Position numbers and translations under genes: made by a program. From the human T2T-CHM13v2.0 reference genome, Homo sapiens, in the NCBI RefSeq assembly GCF_009914755.1, contig NC_060944.1: a stretch of DNA of 64,000 bases. One strand, written 5' to 3'. Below are positions 1-16,411 of this stretch, piece by piece (the stretch's first letter is position 1; every line of letters begins with the position of its first letter). The notes under the pieces were generated by a model. It was not told the origin of the DNA. It was given only the letters and a program-made list of their open reading frames with translations, and searched no databases.

Positions 1-915
1 CCATCTAACAAAGGGCTAATATCCAGAATCTACAAAGAACTTAAACAAATTTACAAGAAAAAATCAAACAACCCCATCAAAAAGTGGGCAAAGAATATGA
101 ACAGACACTTTTCAAAAGAAGACGTTTATGCAGCCAGCAGACACATGAAAAAATGCTCATCATCACTGCTCATCCGAGAAATACAAATCAAAACCACAAT
201 GAGATACCATCTCACACCAGTTAGAACAGCGATCATTAAAAAGTCAGGAAACAACAGTTGTTGGAGAGGATGTGGAGAAATAGGAACGCTTTTACACTGT
301 TGGTGGGAGTGTAAATTAGTTCAACCATTGTGGAAGACAGTGTGGCGATTCCTCAAGGATCTAGAACTAGAAAGACCATTTGACCCAGCCATCCCATTAC
401 TGGGTATATAAACCAAAGGATTATAGAAACATGCTACTATAAAGACACATGCACACATACGTTTATTTCAGCACTATTCACAATAGCAAAGATTTGGAAC
501 CAACCCAAACATCCATCAATGATAGACTGGATTAAGAAAATGTGGCACATATACACCATGGAATACTATGCAGCCATAAAAAAGGATGAGTTCATGTCCT
601 TTGTAGTGACATGGATGAAGCTGGAAACCATCATTCTCAGCAAACTATTGCAAGGACAAAAAACCAAACACCGCATGTTCTCACTCATAGGTGGGAACTG
701 AACAATGAGAACACATGGACACAGGAAGTGGAACATCACACACCAGGGCCTGTTGTGGGGTGGGGGGATGGGGGAGGGATAGCATTAGGAGAAATACCTC
801 ATGTAAATGACGAGTTAATGGGTGCAGCAAACCAACATGGCACATGTATACATATGTAACAAACCTGCACATTGTGCACATGTACCCTAGAACTTAAAGT
901 ATAATAATAATAATA
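1..915 (+). mobile_element. L1PA LINE-1 3' end (ORF2 C-terminus, 3'UTR, A-rich tail), running in from the window edge
   Basis: ORF2 peptides [35 protein letters not shown] (97..411) and [14 protein letters not shown] (519..701); G-rich 3'UTR; ends aacttaaagtataataat. Confidence 0.96.
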
Positions 916-1187
916 TATCTTAAAAAAACTCTATTGCCAAAAGCCTTATGTGGCTGTCCACTACATTAAGAAAAATTGCTTGTTTGTTTGTTTGTTTTTC
1001 CAGTTGTAATTATACCATTCTCTTGACTATATTCTGTCTACCTCTTAAATTAGATAACTTGCTGATCATAAAACAAACCCCAAGATTTTCCCTCCTGAAG
1101 ACACTTCATTCATGACTCTTTCCTTAATCTACCAGATATGACACCTTCCTCTGCTTCTTTTGAACTCTTCAGCCCTTTCCTACTTCA

Positions 1188-1517
<330 letters not shown>

Positions 1518-1539
1518 GATTTTAACTGTTAAGGTTTTG

Positions 1540-2418
1540 ATATTTTTATTTCAATAGTTTTGGGGTTTGGAATGGTTTTGGGTTTCAATGGTTTTGAGTT
1601 ACATGAATACATTCTTTAAGTGGTTATTTCTGATATTTTAGTGAACCTGTCACCTGAGCGGTATATACTGTGCCCAATATGTAGTCTTTTATCCCTCACT
1701 CCCCTCCCAATCTTCTCCTATGAGTCCTCAAAGTCCATTATATCACTCTTATGCCTTTGTGTCCTCACAGCTTAACTCCCACTTATAAGTGAGAACATAT
1801 GATATTTGGTTTTCTATTCTTGAGTGACTTCACTTAGAATAATGGCCTCCAGCCCCATCCAAGTTTCTGTAAAAGACATTATTTCATTCCTTTTTATGGT
1901 TGAATAGTATTCCATGGTGTGTATATACCATATTTTCTTTATCCACTCGTTAGTCAATGGGTACTAAGGTTGGTTCCATATGTTTGCAATTATAAATTGT
2001 GCTCCTATAAACTTGTATGTGCATGTGTCTTTTTCTTATAATGACTTCATTTCCTTTGGGTAGCTACTCAGTAGTGGGACTGCTGGATCAAATGGTAGAT
2101 CTATTTTTAGATCTTTAAGGAATCTTCATACTGTTTTCCATAATGATTGCACAAATTCACATTTCTACCAGCAGTGTAAAAGTGTTCTCTTTACATTACA
2201 TCCATGCCAACATTTATTGTTTTTTGACTTTTAAATTATGGTCATTCTTGTAGGCATAGGGTGGTAACTCACTGTGGTTTTAATTTGCATTTCCCTAATG
2301 ATTAGTGATATTGAGCATTTTTTTCATGTTTGTTGGCAGTATATCTTCTTTGGAGAAATGTCTACTCATGTTCTTGGTCTACTTTTTGATAGGATTTTTT
2401 TTTCTTGATTTGTTTGAA
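1540..2418 (-). mobile_element. L1PB-like 3' end
   Basis: Antisense L1 3'UTR/ORF2 end (cccacttataagtgagaacat, tagtattccatggtgt, gtggttttaatttgcatttccctaatgattagtg). Confidence 0.88.
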
Positions 2419-2439
2419 AAAGAATATATGTAACACATA

Positions 2440-2960
2440 ATTTGTCAAACACATAAATAGAACAAACATCCATTAATTCACTAAACAACTTGGAAAAGTA
2501 ATCCCTACCAACATTGTTGAGACTTCCCAAATCCTCCCTTCCAGAGAAAACTACTACCCTGAATTACTTCTTAATAACTTCTTTCTCTCCTTTATAGTTT
2601 TAATATATATGTATGTATAATTAATGTTTGATTTTGCTAAGATATCTTAATGGTGGCATACTGACTGCATTCCTTTGCAAACTGCATTTTCTAACTTAAG
2701 TATCATGATTTTAAGGTTCATTCATGCTGATGGGTACAGTTGCAAGGCATCCATTTTTACTGCCATATGGTATTCTGTTGGTGGACATTACAGTTCTTTC
2801 CATCATTTAAAATAAGTGCTATAGATATTCTTGTGCATGTCATCTGGTACATACATAGAAATACAGGACCAGAGTTTCTGGGTTTTGGGCAGGCACATGT
2901 TCCACTTTTCATGAAAATTGAAATGAATGAATATTTTTCCAAAATGATTGTCCCTATTTA
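2440..2960 (-). mobile_element. Old L1M (L1ME-like) 3' fragment
   Basis: Degenerate antisense L1 3' motifs (ttttaaggttcattcatg, tattctgttggtggacatt, gatattcttgtgcatgtc). Confidence 0.55.
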
Positions 2961-3012
2961 AAAACATCAATATTTAAAACACACATTTCATATTTTCTAT
3001 CTAGTAATTCTA

Positions 3013-3569
<557 letters not shown>

Positions 3570-5569
3570 TAAAGTCTTTGGTAGTCTGGTTAAAGTTTCT
3601 GTTGACCTACATGCTCTCTCTCATGGTAACTCTCTTTTACGTGTTTTACTTTATTTTATCCTTCTATTTTAGATTCATATATGAGATTTCTTTGAGATCT
3701 GAGCTGACAGTGTACTCCTTCAGAAAGGATCTTCACTTATTTCTCCCAAACTCCTGGGAGTTTCATACATCTAGGACTACCTTACACAAAAATTTTCATC
3801 CATTCATTTGAAAGTGTGATTTTTGCCTTTTTAAATATTTTGTCTAGCATTTTTAGATTATTTGTAGTCAGAAGATTCCAGGATCTCCATTTCACAAAAT
3901 TGCCCAGAATGCAAGTTCCTATATTTCCTGAACTTTAGTACAGTGCTTATTCACCTTATATTTTATTTACTGTGCATTTGTTTTTTTCTTTTCCGCTGGA
4001 ATGCAAGTTTTTTTGATAGCAAGGCTGTTTTATTTATCTGTGAATCTCTCATAGTAACCAGCAAAGTATCTTGTATATGCATAGCTGTCAATGAATAATT
4101 GTTAAATAAAAAGATAAATAAAATTCTGAAAATATAAAGCCTAGAGCCCAAGAATTAGTGGCAAATATTGCCCAAAGAGGTACGCTTAATTTATATTTTC
4201 CTTATTTTGCAGTTTGGACATGTGAGTATAACCAGCTAAATATCACAGCATTTATAACAGTGAAGGAGAAACATCTTTGATTTTTCTAATAGACAAAAAA
4301 GAATACATTTTCTTAGGAATCCCTCAAGCTCCAGATGGCTAAAAAGAAAAAAGATTTTAGTGTTTGAAAAAGAGAAATATGCTTATCAAATATGAAGCAA
4401 AGTCTTATAAAAACACAATGCCCTGGAAAAGAGAACATTATATTTTTTAAATATTCTAAATCATTAAGAAATTCATGAAATGATGATCACAGAGGCTAAA
4501 TGTGTAATTACAGGGTACTTTTGTTCTTCCTATGACAGCTACTGTTCACATAAAATATTAATTGAATATAACTTCTCTATTTGGCAGAAAAGCATAAGAG
4601 GGGACTCCATCTCAATTGTCGACAGCACTCTACAATTGACAGTGATCCTCTAATGTCAATGACAGTGTAAGAACATCTCCCCAAAAGAATGAAGTAAAAT
4701 ATAGAGCAAAAATCACTTTTTAAAATCGTAATACTATATTCCACATGGAATTTTCCAACAATAGTCACAAAGATTGTAGGTTTATAAGACTAGTAGCTTA
4801 GTTCAGAAATTCAAAGAAAAAAAAGAAGTCATTTTCACAGATAACATTTTATCAATCATTATATTTAGTAATAAACAGAAACCAACTAAAAAAAAATGTA
4901 CCATGATATTAGTCGTTAAGTACTGAGCAGGAATCTATAATGCTGCCCCACAGTTCACATACCACACATACAGCCAAGGTTTGCATCAAAAAGAATAATT
5001 CACAAAACCAAGTTGGTTTAAAAATAACCATGAAGAGGAAAAGTCACATCTGAATCACTGAAAGAGGTTTTATATGTGTATATGTGTGTAATCTTTTAAA
5101 AAGAACAACTAAAAAGGAAACTACTTATTTCTTCCCCCACTTAACTAAGCATTCAGTCTATAATCAGCTGGTTAGCATGAAGTATTATTAAGGCACTATT
5201 TTTACAGTACCCATTTTTATGAGTTTTGTATGTTACATGAAGAGTGGTTTTCAAAGAAATGTGCAGACTGGTTATTCTCTTTTATGCTTCCAATATTAAG
5301 TCAAACCAAAGCCCTGATCTTGGCATAAGGTAATGCAAGTGGAAACAAAAACATTTCAATCTCTGAAATGCCTTTCAATTTTCCTCCATTTGGTCTATCA
5401 CATTAAAGTCTTGTTTATCAAAAATAGATTTAAACAAACCCTACACTTAAGATGGTGGCGGAGTTTTTTCAAATTGCAGTAAGAGAAAAAAATCTTTATT
5501 TTAGTAAGTTACTAGCTACTTTAGGAAAAATACATAAAAACAAATTATTAGACCCATAAGCAATAATGG

Positions 5570-5635
5570 TTGAGCCTAGTTATAATGATTTAAAATTCAC
5601 AGTCTGGAACCGCAATTATTTTTGCACCAACCTAA
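5570..5635 (+). mobile_element. Hsmar1 mariner 3'-terminal fragment with TIR
   Basis: ttgagcctagttataatgatttaaaattcac...aaccgcaattatttttgcaccaacctaa followed by TA; matches the remembered Hsmar1/MADE1 terminal inverted repeat. Confidence 0.8.
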
Positions 5636-5639
5636 TAGG

Positions 5640-5763
5640 TGTCCACTCAAGGAAAATCATTACACAAAAAACTGCACTCGTATGTGTACCACAGCACTAT
5701 TCACAATAGCAAAGACATGGAATCAACTGAAGTGTCCATCAACAGATGACTAAAGAAAATATG

Positions 5764-5797
<34 letters not shown>

Positions 5798-6150
5798 ATA
5801 CTATTCAGCCACAAAAAAGAATGAAATCATGTCTTCTGAAGCAACATGGATGGAGCTGGAGGCCATTATCTTAACTGAAATAACTCACAAACAGGAAGTC
5901 AAATACCAAATGTTCTCACTTATAGATGGGAGCTAAATAATGTGTACACATGGACATAGAGTCTACAATAGTAGACAGTGGAGACTCAAAAGGGTGGGAG
6001 AGTCAGGGAATGAGGGATGAGAAATTACGTAATGGGTACAATGTACATTATTCAGGTGATGGTTACACTGAAAGCCCAGACTTCACCACTACACAATACA
6101 TCCATGTAGCAAAACTGCACTTGAACCCCTTAAATTTTTACCAAAAAAAA
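5640..6150 (+). mobile_element. L1PB4-like 3'UTR fragment with an internal (CA)n
   Basis: cagcactattcacaatagcaaagacatggaatcaac ... gggtacaatgtacattattcaggtgatggttacactgaaagcccagacttcaccact; A tail. Confidence 0.85.
5766..5795. repeat. (AC)n microsatellite
   Basis: About 15 AC units. Confidence 0.95.
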
Positions 6151-6886
6151 GTGAACTTAGGTTAATTGTAAATGTATGTTCCAAACTCTAGAGCAACCAC
6201 TAAAAAAAATAACTTACATGCTAAAAAAGAGAGGAAATGAAATCATATAAAATGTTTAGTTAAAAGAATATAGAGAAGTAAGCACTTATATGCAGTAAAA
6301 TGATACAGACAAAAATTACAGACAAATCTCTTTCAGTAGAGGAATGAATAAATTATGGAACCATGAAATATTTGGCTATAAAACTATATATACTGATATA
6401 TTAAGAGCATTAAGCTATGTTAAGTGGAAAGCATATTGCAAAACAATACATTAAAAATCTCTTCTATATAATTTTTAAAATGATGGAAGAAAGAAAGAAA
6501 AGGGAGGATGGCAGGAAAGGAGTGAGGGAAAGCCATAAATATACATACCAATCTGTTAGCAGTGGTTCTTTCTGGCAGGAGAAATGAGACTCAGAATGAA
6601 TGAAAAGGGGTTATTGAACTTAATTGCCATATACAATTTTTCTACACATGCATTGTAATGAGAATCACTAGATATTTTATACAAATATTTTTTTAAAAAG
6701 AAAAAACAAAGGAAGCAAAAAGGGAAGAATATTGTGGTTTCCACAAAACCAAGAAAGTGGTTGCTAGCTTACCTCCATCATTGGCTGAAAGGATTTCAAC
6801 CAAATCATTTCAAATAGAAACTTGAGATCCACCATTAATAGTTTTAATTTATAATTTCATTTAATGGCTAATTTGATTTACAACTT

Positions 6887-7210
<324 letters not shown>

Positions 7211-8217
7211 TACAACTATTCTTCATACAAGTAGTTTAGTTTGGCTTGTGAACTAAACCAAGGATCAAATATAATTTTGGAGCTGGAAGGAATTTTAGAA
7301 ACCATCCGTATTTGCCCCCTCCTTTTACATATGAGGAAATTAAGAATAAAGAGATTTGTCCTAAAACAGACAACTAATTACACCACCAGTGTGTTAAAAG
7401 AGAAAAAAACTCAACCTCCTTGCTTCTAGTCTAGTCCTCTGGTAATTCAATTTATTTCCTTCCATTTACCTTGTAAATATCATCTGTGCTTCCTAAGTAG
7501 TTCCTGAAAATTTTCCTTTTTCAATCCCATTTCCAAATTATCTGCCTGAAAAGAATTTCACATTTATGTGCTGAATCCAGAAGATACGACATAGACAGTA
7601 GCATGGCAAAAGCATTTAGAAACTGCCTCTTATCTAGCATTTTTGCTTTTATTCTTAATAAAACTGCTGAAGCAACTTGTTTAACCAATGAGACGGACAC
7701 AAAGTTGAGAGTGGAAACAACTGTCTTGACTCCCAGAACATTGTTCTTCTGTATTTCATACCATTTTACATTTTTTATTTTTTAAATAAAAGGCAGTGTT
7801 TTCTTGCACAACAAACACCCACTGGTTAACAAGATGACTTTTGGAAGTCACTGAACTCTTGCAAACTAAGTTTCAGCTATTAAAGGAACAGGGTCCATTA
7901 GGTGAGCTCAGACATTTCTTGCTCCTTTCCACGAGTCTGGAATTTCTAAGATGGGGCTCAATATGTATTAGGTAATGGATCCCAGTGGCAAGATGAAATA
8001 CTGCAGATCAACTCCGTGAACAGTTTTATAGAGTTATACGAAGCAACAGAAAAGAGCAGAGTTCAGGAACTCCTTAGCATAAACCCAAACTTGGGGAAGT
8101 AGAACTAGCTAATCTGTAGTTTTAGACTCAGTAAAGTACTTGGGATCATTCTCAACAACCATAAAGTTACCATGTGCCATAATTACACATCCATCACAGG
8201 GTTCCTAGAAAGTGAAT

Positions 8218-10038
8218 GTTTTTATTTTTTAACTTTTAATTTTTGTGGGTACACAGTAGGTATACGTATTTATGAGGTACCTGAGATGTTTTGATACAGG
8301 AATGCAATGTGAAATAATCACACCATCAACTATAGGGTATCCATCCCTCAAGCATTTGTCCTTTGTGTTTCAGATGATCCAATTACACTTTTAGTTATTT
8401 TAAAATGTATAATTAAATTATTATTGGCCATAGTCACCCTGTTGTGCCATCAAATAGTAGGGTCTTATTCATTCTTTCTTATTTTTTTGTACCTGTTAAG
8501 CATCCCCACCTCCCGCCAAGTCCTCCACTACCTTCCATGAGTTCAATTGTTTTGATTTTTAGATCCTACAAATAAGTGAGAACATGTGATATTTGTCTTT
8601 CTGTGCCTGGCTTATTTCACTTAACATAATGATCTCCCCCAGTTCCATCCATGTTGTTGCAAATGACAAGATCTCATTCTTTTTTATGTCTGCATAGTAC
8701 TCCATTGTGTATATGTGCCACGTTTTCTTTATTCATTCATCTGCTGGACACTTAGGTTGCTTCCAAATCTTGGCTATTGTGAACGCTGCCACAACAAACA
8801 TGGGAGTGCAAATATCTCTTCAATATACTGCTTCCCTTCTTTTGGGGATATACATAGCAGTGGGATTGCTGGATCACATGGTAGCTCTATTTTTAGATTT
8901 TTGAGGAACCTCCAAACTGTTCTCCATAGTGGTTGTACTAATTTACATTCCCACCAACAGTGTACCAGCATTCTCTTTTCTCTGCATCTTCACCAGAGTT
9001 TGCTATTGCCTATCTTTTGGATATAAGTCATTTTAACTGGGGTGAGATAACATCTCATTGTAGTTTTGATTTGCATTTCTCTGATAAGCAATAATGTTGA
9101 GCGCTTTTTCATATGCCTGTTTGCAATTTTTATGTCTTCATTTGAGAAATGTCTGTTCAAATCTTTTGCCCATTTTTTGATCAGATTATTAGATTTTTTC
9201 CTATAGGGTTGTTTGGGCTCCTTATATATTCTGGTTATTAATCCCTTGTCAGATGGATAGTTTGCAAATATCTTCTCCCATTCTTTGGGTTGTCTCTTCA
9301 CTTTGTTGTTCCCTTTGCTATGGAGAAGCTTTTTAACTTGATATAATCTCTTCTGTCCATTTTTGCTTTGGTTGCCTGCACTTGCAGGGTATTAGTCAAG
9401 AAATTTTTCCCAGACCAATGTCCTAGAGATTTTCCCCAGTGCTTTCTTGTAGTAGTTTCATAGATTGGGGTCTTAGATTTAAGTCTTTAGTCTGTTTTGA
9501 TTTGATTTTTGTATATGGTGAGAGACAGGAGTCTAGTTTCATTCTTCTGCATATGGATATCCAGTTTTCCCAGCACCATTTGTTGAAGAGAGTTTTCCAG
9601 AGCGTATGTTCTTGACAACTTTGTGGAACGTGAGTTCATTGTAGGTGTGTGGATTTGTTTCTGGGTTCTATACTCTGTTCCATTGGTCTATGTGTCTGTT
9701 TTTATGCCAGTCCCATGCCATTTTGGTTACTATAATATAATCTGAAGTTATATAATGTGATTCCTCCATTTTTGTTCTTTTTGCTTAGGATAGCTTTGGC
9801 TATTCTGGGTCTTTTGCGAGTCCACATAAATTTTAGGGTTGTTTTTTCTATTTCAGAAGAATGTCATTTGTATTTTGATAGGGATTGCATTGAATCTTTG
9901 GACTGCTTTGGGTACTATGGACATTTTAACAATATTGATTCTTCCAATCCATACACATGAAGTATTTTTCCATTTTTTTGTTGTCCTCTTCAATTTTGTT
10001 TCATCAGTGTTTTATAGTTTTAGTTACAGAGATCTTTC
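8218..10038 (-). mobile_element. L1MA1/2-like, 5'-truncated (ORF2 3' part plus 3'UTR)
   Basis: ORF2 peptides [20 protein letters not shown] (8990..9301) and [13 protein letters not shown] (8774..8971); L1MA-type 3' end ttttgtgggtacacagtaggt...ttttgatacagg. Confidence 0.92.
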
Positions 10039-10644
10039 TAAGTAGTGAACTTTTGATGAGCATCTAGTTTTCTACTCTTACTATTCCTTCTCATTAACAT
10101 TCTGAGAATGCATCTAATAACTCATAACAATTACGTAAATCACATATGCTATTAAGCCGATGAATTTGGTTTTCTTTTAAAACAGCATTCAACAACAGTA
10201 ATTGTTAAAACAAAATAACAATAAAACCTAAGTCTGATTCTAATACATTTGAGGAAATAGTACATGAATATAATCAACCTTTTTCTGAAAAATCACTAGA
10301 GATAGACCTTAAATGCCTATTCATGACTCATTTCTCAGCACACATTTTGCCACTGGTCAATTCTTATTAACATATTAACATATGGTTATGTATTTATTCT
10401 ACTATATGAGAGCCTTGTCAGTGTCTTACAGCTTGGGGATTAGCTTAGTTATATGGAAGATTTCATGTGGTACTATCTACTGTGGTGGAATTTCTTTTCA
10501 CAATCAGTATTAACTGTGGGTCTTTTCCTCTGCTAGACCCTAGAGGTAGGTCTAGAAATACAAATGGAGTACCTGACTCATAGTGCTTATAGAAGTGAAA
10601 TAATCCATATTTAGAAGATGTAATCTTCTTAATGTTATACTTAC

Positions 10645-10755
10645 TGATAAACTTGTTTTGCATAGTCTCCAACAGGGCTTGGTGAGCATCCTCAGCTTGT
10701 AAAGCATGTGAACATTCTCTAGCCAGTATGGTGCGCACAAGATGCTCTCCACATC
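10645..10755 (-). CDS. TASP1: Taspase 1 internal coding exon (probably exon 11), 111 nt, phase 1-1: (G)CGEHLVRTILARECSHALQAEDAHQALLETMQNKFI(S)
   Basis: Overlaps ORF 10463..10738. Acceptor ...ggtttctttggatttctAG at 10757-10756; donor GTAAGT at 10644-10639. A split G|GA Gly codon joins it to the 79-nt exon, giving TSG-CGE, the family's T-G-x-G-E motif. Confidence 0.95.
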
Positions 10756-11143
10756 CTAGAAATCCAAAGAAACCAACAGTTGAGGAAAAGCAGCACCGAA
10801 AACCCTGCTTATTTCAATAGCATTAGAACACCCTTATGCATCATTTAAGAGAGTAGTTAGCTGGGAAAATAATTCCGTGAGGGATGAAATGACTTCCATG
10901 AGCAATCTGGTAATTTTAGTAAAGAGATTCAGCAGAAACTAAACACAAAGTTTATCAATCAAAAGCAAACCAATACAAATTAATATGATACGTAGTTCTC
11001 TGTTTAACTAGTATGTGTTGACTGGTGTTAGGCACTAACAAAAAAAATCCCCCTAAAAAATATTATGTGTAATTGTTAAACCACATTGGTACTTTTCAAT
11101 ATACACTCATTGCCACAAATACCATCAGTTCATAAAAGTGTGA

Positions 11144-12567
<1,424 letters not shown>

Positions 12568-13799
12568 GAACAGGAGCCATTAGGACCTTCAAGGAAAAAA
12601 ATGCCCTCTTCAACCAGAAACAAATATGCTGAATAGGTAAAACACTGCCTTTGACTATTACATTAGTCATAGCAGATTAGAAATATGTCATATTATAAAT
12701 AGTCAATTAGAAATAAGATTACATTCCTCTCCAGTGTTGGAAATGGATGTTTTAAGAAAATTATTCAGCAAGACTGGAAAATGAGAGGAAAGAAAAAGAA
12801 TCAATAGAAGAATGGGAATTCTGAAGTAGTTGTTCACCTATTCAGTAAAAAAATAAACACAGGCCTTCTAAAAGAGAAAAAAAAGGATGAATTTTTTTTA
12901 GAAATTGCCAGATATTTCCCAGAAATGGCTTCCCTGTATTTTTGGTAAAGCGTAAATGCAAACATCCTTCAGGATCTAAATATCTCTTTGTGAATGAATA
13001 CCTACACTTCAAGGAAGATCTAGATACATAAGTCAATGTGTAACTTTGTGGCATTCCCTATTCAGTAAATTTTTGCAATATTGTTTTTATAATCGGGAAA
13101 AAGATGACAATAAAGCTAACAGAAAGAAATCACGTTGGACACTTACTAAGAACAACCATTGTGCTTAGCTCATGAAACGCCATAAAGTTTAATTCCCTTT
13201 GTGTACATACTTGATGTTGAACAGTGAAATGTTACACTTTAGGACAATAATAACTGCTAGAAAATTGGCATATTATAAACTAAATGAATGTTCAGAAGGT
13301 TATATACACATGCCTGAAGTCAAAAAGCTAAACCACATGAAGTTAACATTACATGAAAACTACACAATGTATGTCAGAAAGACTTTGCTCTGCTGTTATA
13401 CAGGAATATATATACAGAGCTTTCCAATGATTGATCTTTTTACCAAGAAACTTTTAAAATTATGACTTATACTCTCTGACATTGATCATCTTTAACAAAG
13501 AGCCATGAAACCAAAGCTTATTCTCCTGTAGGTTCCAATCAAAGAAAGTTTGACTTATGTGCTCTTACCTACAAAATTCCAAGGTTTCTTAGAATATGCT
13601 GCCATAGAGCTGAAGTGTGATTCAAAGGCAAACAGTTCCACTCTTTATTCACCAAAAAATAAGACTTTCACTATACCCTCTTTTTGTCCTTACTTTTCCA
13701 AGTAAGAGTATGTGTATGTTCTCACATCTTAGCAGAAAACATGGATTATAAAAGACCTGACAAGATTCCTAGAAGTAAAAAATACCAAGTTCTAAAAAA

Positions 13800-14525
13800 A
13801 GAAAAATTTAGCATCAATAAGTATGACAAATGAATGGATTAAAACACATAATAAATTCATAACTTATGTTTTTAAAAGCACTAATCACCTTTGGAGGATG
13901 CTATGAAACCAACTCACTATTCTGAAAATTGATAAAAGAAAACAAGCAAGCATGTTTCTGTCCTTCCAATAGGGACTACATACCAGAGTAACCCAACAAT
14001 TTATGAAGGAATATTTTCTCTACAGAAGTATCCCAGATAATAAATGAAAAAGAAATTAATAGAATTGGAATATAACCATTTGTAACCCACAATGTAATAA
14101 CTGATAGAGGCAATCATCAGTGGCTGCTAATACCACAGAAAGATACCAGACACTATGTATCTCTTGACAAAATCATACCGACGTAGTCTTGTCCACTGCC
14201 CAAAAAAAACTGTACTTGAATCCGATTAGGCCTCTAAATTCAGTTATCAATTTCCAGAAATAAAGAACATCTGCAAAAAGACCTACAGTTGCATCATACT
14301 TAATGATGAAACGCTGAATTGTTTCTCCCTAGGATCAGAAACAGGGCAATGATGTCTGCTTTCATCACTTCTCTTCAACAATGTACTGGAGATTTCAGCC
14401 ATTGTAATAAGGCAAGGGGAAAAAAGGCATAAAGAACAGAAAGGAAGAAGTAAAACTGTCTCTATTCACAGATGATATAATTTTCTATGTAGAAAATCCC
14501 AAAGGATCTACAAAACAACTATTAG
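13800..14525 (+). mobile_element. Old L1M fragments, including an ORF2 RT-region piece at ~14270-14525
   Basis: catcatacttaatgatgaaacgctgaattgtttctccctaggatcagaaacagggcaatgatg...gtaaaactgtctctattcacagatgatat resembles L1 ORF2. Confidence 0.65.
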
Positions 14526-15204
14526 AGGTATCTCTCCATATTCTTCCTGTCTGGTTAGTCTAGGACAAAGGCTGGCAGAAGATACCTGCCTGGTACTTAC
14601 CAGTCCTCAAAATATGGACCTGACCTTCATTTCTTTCCCCATTCATTCACTTGCCAGGCTGTTATTGAGTCCCTACTCTGTGGTAGGCCCAGCGTACACA
14701 GCAGTTGGCAGGGGTGCTACTACATATTGTCAGACCTCCCCAACAGTGTCAGGCCCCTGCCTGATGACTCAGTATTCACTTAACTGTCATTCTGGCCAGT
14801 CCAGATGTCAATGCCCTGATTGTGTATTCTACACACCAACCTCAAGGATTCATATAAAAACCCTGGATTCAGCAGCAGGAATCCTGGACATTCCCACGGC
14901 CCTAGGAGTGCCAGTCTCTACGGCCAGGTCATCTCACATTAATCCTAACCCTTACTCCAGCCCCAGCTCTCTCTTTCCCAGTATGTTTCCTGTTGCTGAG
15001 AATTCAGCATGTCCCATGCTCAAAGATAATACATGTCTTCTACTTGTGGGTATCCCGAAACTTTCAAAACCCACACTGAAGATGAACTACCAATAAAAAA
15101 TTCCAACCCCCAACTTCAACACACATATACATACAACCAAAAGGAAGAATAAGCAATAGCAAAAAACAAAAAAATTATTTCAAGAAGTGAAAATAATTGG
15201 ACAG

Positions 15205-15404
15205 CAGTTGAAAACAAATTTGTAAAAGGCCAAATAGTAAATATTTTAGGCTTTGAATGCTACATGTAATTTCTTTCTATAAAATCTTCTTAATGTTTTT
15301 TGAAACAAGTCTTAAAAACTAAAAAATCATTCTTAGCTTATGAGCTATACAAAAACAGGCCATGAACCAGATTTGGCCCACAGGTCATTGTTTGCCTATC
15401 CCTG
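15205..15404. mobile_element. MER58-like hAT-Charlie MITE
   Basis: tgtaaaaggccaaatagtaaatattttaggctttg ... gatttggcccacaggtcattgtttgcctatccctg. Confidence 0.7.
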
Positions 15405-15959
15405 AAATAGAGCAAACTGTAGTACAATAAGAAAAAGAAACAGAGCCTAGAATGATAAAGAGAAAGAAAATGAGGAGTTAAGAGTCCAAAAGTGTAAAAT
15501 GATAATGTCCAATGCATTAATAGGCATTTTGAAAGAGAGGAAAGAAAGAAGAAAGCACTAATATTTGCATAAGGAATAAGAATTTTCTAGAATTTAAGTT
15601 ATTAAACTGAAGATCCACAGAGTTCCAAAAAAGAGGAATAAAAATAGAAATCCATCCTTAATTGTAACAGTTTGAAGCTCTGGACCAAAGGCAACAAGAA
15701 AATATTAAAAACTCACCAAAAAGAAAAGGAAAAAAATTCACCTACAAAAAAATTCAAAAATTTTTAAATTAAACTGATAACTAAATATCTCCAAGCAACA
15801 AAAGAAGCCGCAAGACTAATATCTTAAAGATGCTATGGCAAAAAAAACAAGCAAACAGAAAAAAACACTGCCAACCTGGAATCAGTTAAACTACCATTCT
15901 ACTAGAGTGAGGGTGAATAGAGACCGTTTCAGACATGTAACGACAAATTCATTTCTCAG

Positions 15960-16400
15960 AGATTTTAACTCCCAGCTCACTTTTACTCTGCCCAACACTA
16001 CTCCTTGTCATCATTCTTGCTGAATTTAATATTTATCTAGATGATTCTCCCGATATCTTGGCTTTTGCTATTCTGATATCCTCTCCTCCAGTTATCCACA
16101 CTACCTGATAAACTCACACCCATTTCAGCAGTAACGTGAACTCCTCAGTCACATCAATTGGAATCATCTCATTCCTATCTTTCCAGCTCCCTCCCTTGAG
16201 CACTCCAACTCCAACATTCCCTCCATCTCACCAAAAACTGCCATCCATTAATTCTGCTGCCTTTTAACTATTCCTCACCCCACTCAGGTCCTCACCTCTA
16301 TTCTTAACTAACTAAAATTCCATGCTTCATCAACTTACATCCATCCCCTTACTCCCAAAAACCTCCCTGCTGCTCTCACTTCATCAAACATGCCTGGCAA
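15960..16400 (+). mobile_element. L2 fragment
   Basis: C/T-rich degenerate L2 ORF-like tract (cctatctttccagctc, ttctgctgccttttaactattcctcacc). Confidence 0.5.
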
Positions 16401-16411
16401 AAGCCCACCCT

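Noticed and set aside
14614-15096. 160-aa plus-strand ORF
   Set aside because: No recognisable domain, begins in L2-like sequence, antisense to TASP1 and without supporting gene signals; consistent with a chance ORF.
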